The position numbers and the translations under genes are program-made. 50,475 bases of DNA from Bacilli bacterium (GTDB lineage: Bacteria; Bacillota_I; Bacilli_A; RF39; UBA660). Below the pieces are notes generated by a model. That model was not told the origin of the DNA. It worked only from the letters and a program-made list of their open reading frames with translations, and made no database searches. How positions within the stretch are numbered: the stretch's first letter is position 1; every line of letters begins with the position of its first letter. The stretch spans positions 1-50,475 of the forward strand of contig JAEDMO010000002.1 of the NCBI GenBank assembly GCA_016302935.1, read 5' to 3'. This document shows positions 44,319 to 50,475 of the stretch, one piece after another.

Positions 44319-46121
44319 CTATATTAGTTTTTTTAGCTCATATAATTTATCTTTAAATACTTTTAAAGCATCGGCTACTACTTCACCGGTAGTTAAATCA
44401 ATACCTACTAGTTTTAGGATATCTAATGGATAGCCATTGCTACCTGATTTTAGAAATTTTATATAATTTTCTTTTACTTCTTGGTTTCCTTTTAATATTT
44501 CATAAGCTATATATATGGCACAAGATAGTCCTGTTGCATATTTATAGACATAAAATGAGGTATAGAAATGGGGAATACGCATCCACTCGTAACGAATTTC
44601 TTCATCGCTTATAACGTTTTTACCATAATATAATTTATTTAAATTGTAATAGGTATCCGAGAATTCTTTTTCAGTTAAGGGAATACCTTCTTTTTCTTTT
44701 TGATGCATAATCATCTCAAATTCTGCAAACATTGTTTGACGATAAATCGTAGCTCTTACTTTATCTAAGAATTCACTTAAATATAGGATTTTTTCGTTTT
44801 TATCAGTAGCATTTTGATATAAATACTCATTTAAAAGTATTTCATTGACAGTAGAGGCAATTTCAGCTAGGAAAATTGGATAATTAGCATATTCATATAT
44901 TTGATTATTTTTAGAATAGTAACTATGTACAGAATGTCCTAGTTCGTGGGCAAGGGTCGATAGTGAATCTAAATCGTTTTCATAATTAGTAAGTAAGTAC
45001 GGATAACTATCATAGCAACCCCAACTATAGGCTCCTGATTTTTTTCCTTTTTTAGGATATACATCTATCCATCTTTGGTCAAAAGCTTTTTTAATAATGT
45101 TAAGGTAATCTTCTCCTAAAGGTGATAATGCTTGTATAATAATATTTTTTGCTTCTTCATATGGTATTTCTTTACTTTCCATATTGGCTAGGTCTGTATA
45201 GATATCATACATATGTATTTTTTTTAAGTTTAGGGCTTTTTTTCTTTCTTCCATATAATCATACATAGTATCTAAGTTATCTTTTACCGTCTTAATTAAG
45301 GAAGTATACACATCCAGTTTAATATTATCTTGATATAAGCTTTGTTCTAATGGTGAATTAAAGCCTCTAATATCGCAAAGAATATTATTTTCTTTTATTT
45401 TACTTTTTAAAAGAGCAGTAATAGTGTTTTTGTGGTTATAATAAAATTGATATAATACTTTGAAGGCATTTTTTCTAACACGTCTATTTTTACTACTTAC
45501 ATATTTTATGTAATTACTAGCAGTAAGTTCTACTTTTTTGCCAGTTTCATCTTTAATGAAACCTAATTTAATATCAGCGTTATTTAAATTATAGAAAGCT
45601 TCACTGCCAGAGTTTAAGGCGTTACATACTTTAGATAATAATGCTTCTTCTTTATCACTTAAAGTATATTTTTGATAGCGAAATAATTTTTCAAATGATA
45701 GTTTATAATCACTAAGGTAATTACTTGTTTGTAACAAGGTATTAATATATTCTAAGTTATTACTTAATATTTCTGTTTTTACAAATGATAATTTTTCATT
45801 AACTTCATCATATAGTTTTTCTGCTTTTAGTTTTAATTTTTGATAGTCATTATTTAAACTATCAGTATCACAAATCATATTGGCATAGGTATAGACCAAT
45901 TCTAATTTACGATACAATTTTTCACTTGTTTTTAAATAATCAGTAAGGGTATTCGCATTATCTAAAATGTGATTTTCCATATCTTTAATATTTTTAGTTA
46001 AAGATATTATTTCTTTAGAAAGCTCTTCAAACTGGATATCGTTTTCTATCATTTTTTCAATGTCCCAAGTATAGTTATTATTATTTTTATTTTCCACAAA
46101 ATTAATCCTTTCTTTTAACAA
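44319..46121 (-). CDS. pepF: Oligoendopeptidase F (M3B)
   Basis: ~600 aa. Zinc motif HELGHSVH plus a downstream E (LAEIAST). The start is uncertain: the TTG at 46121 has no SD, whereas the GTG at 46097 is preceded by AAAGGA at 8 nt. Confidence 0.9.
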   Translation of the reverse strand: MLKERINFVENKNNNNYTWDIEKMIENDIQFEELSKEIISLTKNIKDMENHILDNANTLTDYLKTSEKLYRKLELVYTYANMICDTDSLNNDYQKLKLKAEKLYDEVNEKLSFVKTEILSNNLEYINTLLQTSNYLSDYKLSFEKLFRYQKYTLSDKEEALLSKVCNALNSGSEAFYNLNNADIKLGFIKDETGKKVELTASNYIKYVSSKNRRVRKNAFKVLYQFYYNHKNTITALLKSKIKENNILCDIRGFNSPLEQSLYQDNIKLDVYTSLIKTVKDNLDTMYDYMEERKKALNLKKIHMYDIYTDLANMESKEIPYEEAKNIIIQALSPLGEDYLNIIKKAFDQRWIDVYPKKGKKSGAYSWGCYDSYPYLLTNYENDLDSLSTLAHELGHSVHSYYSKNNQIYEYANYPIFLAEIASTVNEILLNEYLYQNATDKNEKILYLSEFLDKVRATIYRQTMFAEFEMIMHQKEKEGIPLTEKEFSDTYYNLNKLYYGKNVISDEEIRYEWMRIPHFYTSFYVYKYATGLSCAIYIAYEILKGNQEVKENYIKFLKSGSNGYPLDILKLVGIDLTTGEVVADALKVFKDKLYELKKLI

Positions 46122-46122
46122 G

Positions 46123-46154
46123 CTAGAAGTTCTAGTTTTCCTAGAACTTCTTAG
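46123..46154 (-). other. Strong stem-loop between dnaK and pepF, without a U-tract
   Basis: 11-bp perfect stem AGAAGTTCTAG / CTAGAACTTCT with a 5-nt loop, extended by 2-3 bp across a 1-nt bulge. On the minus strand it is followed by AGCUUGUUAAAAG. Confidence 0.7.
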
Positions 46155-46162
46155 TTATTTAA

Positions 46163-48022
<1,860 letters not shown>

Positions 48023-48188
48023 TTATTTTGGGTATTTATTACCCTAATTTTTATACTATCATTTCTGATATTAGCTTAATCATAAAATCTATTTTTTTAT
48101 GATAATAAATTTTTTTATTTTTTAAACAAATACTATTAAAGCAATTGTTGTTAATAAAACTAGAAAATAAACAATTGGTAACACTATA

Positions 48189-48728
48189 TTACTCATTTAC
48201 TTTCACCATGGAAACCCTGATTACTTTGTCTTTATACATATATCCTTTTTGAAGTACTTCTAAAATTGTTCCAGAAGCTTTACTTTCATCTTTATCTGTT
48301 AAAACAGCCTGATGATATGTTGGGTCAAATTCCTTGCCTAAAGCCTCAATTTCTTTTACTTCATATTTATTTAATACTTCAATTAGATTAGTATAAATCA
48401 TTTTGAAGCCATTTAAGAATTTTGACAATTCATCTTCTAAGTTATTATCATCTAATTTAATAGCTCTTTCAAAGTTATCAATGATAGGTAATATTTCTAA
48501 GATGATATCTTCTTGAGAATACTTTAGCATTCTACTTACTTCATCATCTTTTCTTCTTTTATAGTTTATTAATTCAGCTTGATTTCTTACTAATTTTTCT
48601 TCTAATTCCTTTATCCTGTTACCTAGAAGTTCTATTTCACTATTTTTTATTTCTTCTTGTTTTTCTTCTTGCTCTTCTTTTATTTCTTCATTTTTATTTT
48701 TTACTTTTTTTACATCTTTTTTACTCAT
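48189..48728 (-). CDS. grpE: Nucleotide exchange factor GrpE
   Basis: 179 aa. Charged coiled-coil N-terminus, ...NYKRRKDDE..., LPIIDNFERA, FDPTYHQAV. Confidence 0.95.
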   Translation of the reverse strand: MSKKDVKKVKNKNEEIKEEQEEKQEEIKNSEIELLGNRIKELEEKLVRNQAELINYKRRKDDEVSRMLKYSQEDIILEILPIIDNFERAIKLDDNNLEDELSKFLNGFKMIYTNLIEVLNKYEVKEIEALGKEFDPTYHQAVLTDKDESKASGTILEVLQKGYMYKDKVIRVSMVKVNE

Positions 48729-48751
48729 ATTGACCTCTTTTCTTTAGACTA

Positions 48752-49750
48752 CTATTTAGTATTTTCAAAATGATTTTTTATATAATCTAAAATGCCTACG
48801 ACTTTATCGTATTCCATTCTTTTTGGTCCTACTATAGCGATAGTGCCTTCTTCTCCATTATAGTTATATTTTGTCTTAATTACAGATACATCACTATCCA
48901 ATTCACTTTCTTCACCGATATAGATGTTGATGCCTCCGTTTTCTTCTTTCATCGCTTTAATATTATTAATATTATCAAATTTAGCTAAAATATCTTTAAC
49001 TTTATCAACATTGCTAAATTCTGGTTGATTTAGAAAGTTATTTTTACCTACAAAATGGACTTCACTGGCTTTTTCCTTAAACTCACTAAATGCAGTATAG
49101 AAAGCATCATATAATACTTCGTGTTGTTTAACATATTTAGGAATAATTGGTTTTATTTCAAATTCTAATTTACTGCTTATTTCATTAATCGGAGTACCTA
49201 CTAGTAATTTGTTAATTAGGTCAACTATTTGTTTTACCTCTTTAGTAGAAATATCACTAGGTAATACCATATTTTTATGTTCAACAAATCCTTTATCAGT
49301 AATCATCATTGTTAGAATTTTATTTTCATCGAGTGGAACTGTTTCTACTTTTTTTAATTTATTTTCCCTAGCAGTATTTCCTAAGGCAATAGTTGTATAA
49401 TTAGTAATATCAGAGATTATTTCTAGGCTCTTTTTTATCGTATCACTAATTACTAGCGAATTGTTTCTAAATATGGTCTGTAGCTTTAACATATCCTCAC
49501 CAGTGATGTTTTTAGGTTTCATTAATTTATCTACATAATAACGATACCCTTCTTCACTTGGAACTCTTCCTGAAGAGGTATGGGTTTTTTCTAGATAACC
49601 TAACTCTTCTAAATACATCATCTCGTTTCTAACTGTAGCTGATGAACATTTTAATTTTTTACAGACATAATCGCTTCCTACAGGATGAGCTGATTTAATA
49701 TACTCTTCGACGATGATTCTTAATACTTCACTTCTTCTTTCATTAAGCAA
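48752..49750 (-). CDS. hrcA: Heat-inducible transcription repressor HrcA
   Basis: 332 aa. (M)LNERRSEVLRIIVEEYIKSAHPVGS wHTH domain. TTG start preceded by SD GAGGATGTGA. First gene downstream of the CIRCE elements. Confidence 0.93.
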   Translation of the reverse strand: MLNERRSEVLRIIVEEYIKSAHPVGSDYVCKKLKCSSATVRNEMMYLEELGYLEKTHTSSGRVPSEEGYRYYVDKLMKPKNITGEDMLKLQTIFRNNSLVISDTIKKSLEIISDITNYTTIALGNTARENKLKKVETVPLDENKILTMMITDKGFVEHKNMVLPSDISTKEVKQIVDLINKLLVGTPINEISSKLEFEIKPIIPKYVKQHEVLYDAFYTAFSEFKEKASEVHFVGKNNFLNQPEFSNVDKVKDILAKFDNINNIKAMKEENGGINIYIGEESELDSDVSVIKTKYNYNGEEGTIAIVGPKRMEYDKVVGILDYIKNHFENTK

Positions 49751-49765
49751 GTTATCACATCCTCA

Positions 49766-49792
49766 CTAGCACTAGTAATTTATGAGTGCTAA
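49766..49792. promoter_or_regulatory. CIRCE operator (HrcA binding site), promoter-proximal / leader copy
   Basis: CTAGCACTA-N9-GAGTGCTAA against the consensus TTAGCACTC-N9-GAGTGCTAA. Confidence 0.85.
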
Positions 49793-49796
49793 AATA

Positions 49797-49825
49797 ATTA
49801 TATGACTATATTTTAGCATTGTCAA
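49797..49825 (-). promoter_or_regulatory. Consensus sigma-A promoter of the hrcA-dnaK operon
   Basis: On the minus strand: TTGACA (49820-49825), a 17-nt spacer, then TATAAT (49797-49802). Confidence 0.8.
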
Positions 49826-49839
49826 GTGAAAAGTGCTAA
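49813..49839. promoter_or_regulatory. Second, more degenerate CIRCE-like inverted repeat overlapping the -35 box
   Basis: TTAGCATTG-N9-AAGTGCTAA. It shares the TTAGCA/TGCTAA ends and the 9-nt spacer with CIRCE. Confidence 0.6.
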
Positions 49840-49942
49840 AATTTTAAAAAATATTTTTTAAAATAAAAAGTAAATCACACATCAATATGATCTACTTTTA
49901 ATTTATGGCTTTAAATATTAAGCTTTTTATTTGTAAGTTACA

Positions 49943-50475
49943 CTAAATATTTGATACTTTATTATTGTTAATATATCTAATTACATATATTAATGAACAT
50001 ATACATATCAATATAATTATACCTATCCAATATGTTGAGGTATTAGGATTTTCTATATTTTCTTCTTGCGATTGATTATTATTTTCACCTTGATTATCTT
50101 TATCAGTAGAATTTCCATCTAATGTATTACCAGAATATAAATAAGTGGTTAACTTAGTATTTTTACTAGTATCAGGTAAACTACTAAATAGGTTATTAGA
50201 TATATCTAAATATGTTAATTTTTCATTATTAGTAATATTTAGTGTAGATATTTTATTATCGTGTAGTACTAATTTTGTTAATGCCGTATTTTTACTTACA
50301 TCCACATTGGTAAGTTGATTTTTGTGCAAATATAATGTTATTAATGCTGTATTATTACTTACATCCACACTGGTAAGTTGATTGGTATGCAAGCCCAAAG
50401 ATGTTAATACCGTATTTTTACTTACATCCACATTGGTAAGTTGATTTTCGTGCAAATATAATGTTATTAATGCTG
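49943..50475 (-). CDS. Leucine-rich-repeat surface protein with a C-terminal TM anchor; the 5' end lies outside the window
   Basis: 21-aa LRR units (H.NQLTNVDVSKNTALT.L.L) repeated at least 4 times. The frame stays open to the window edge (..ALITLYLHENQL); the track start is an internal TTG. C-terminal YWIGIIILICICSLIYVI. Confidence 0.8.
   Translation of the reverse strand, partial: ALITLYLHENQLTNVDVSKNTVLTSLGLHTNQLTSVDVSNNTALITLYLHKNQLTNVDVSKNTALTKLVLHDNKISTLNITNNEKLTYLDISNNLFSSLPDTSKNTKLTTYLYSGNTLDGNSTDKDNQGENNNQSQEENIENPNTSTYWIGIIILICICSLIYVIRYINNNKVSNI
50215..50475 (-). repeat. 63-bp tandem coding repeats (LRR units), alternating in a 126-bp super-period
   Basis: The stretch starting at 50277 and the one starting at 50403 differ at 2 of 73 aligned bases. 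Confidence 0.8.

Noticed and set aside
50215-50475. Regularly spaced repeats considered as a CRISPR array
   Set aside because: The period is 63 bp with no unique spacers, and the repeats are in frame and encode 21-aa LRR units of an open reading frame.

Overview
Very AT-rich chromosomal segment of a low-GC Gram-positive (Firmicutes-type) bacterium. The standard genetic code applies: all long conserved genes are open without TGA read-through. About 45 genes are present, almost all on the minus strand, in tightly packed operons. It is mostly core housekeeping. There is a division block (ugtP-like, ftsA, ftsZ), then recX and rpoZ. A lipoteichoic-acid block follows, with two divergent LtaS paralogs, a CsbB/GtrB-type GT2 and a YfhO GT-C enzyme carrying a fused C-terminal GtrA domain. 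Next come tmcAL, then an operon encoding a small membrane protein, a degenerate GGDEF receptor and a YihY-family protein. A long M23 peptidase / P-type ATPase / ligA / recD2 operon follows. After that come rpsD, T-box-controlled tyrS, yvcK-whiA, T-box-controlled pheST, frr, an AAC(6')-Ie-like GNAT, and murI. An expanded CIRCE/HrcA-controlled dnaK operon reads hrcA-grpE-dnaK-pepF-dnaJ-(2 small ORFs)-rsmE-(membrane ORF)-mtaB-murI. A partial LRR surface protein sits at the right edge. I found no rRNA, tRNA, CRISPR array, transposase, integrase or recognisable defence system. The most unusual items are the YfhO::GtrA fusion beside the GT2 gene, and a P-type ATPase whose M4/M6 ion-binding residues are all replaced. 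Others are a GGDEF receptor with an AGNEF active site, a frameshifted SipW-class secreted-protein gene at the left edge, and pepF inserted inside the dnaK operon. Several small orphan genes or gene pairs are wedged into otherwise conserved synteny. All functional calls rest on motif recognition by eye, because no database search was possible.
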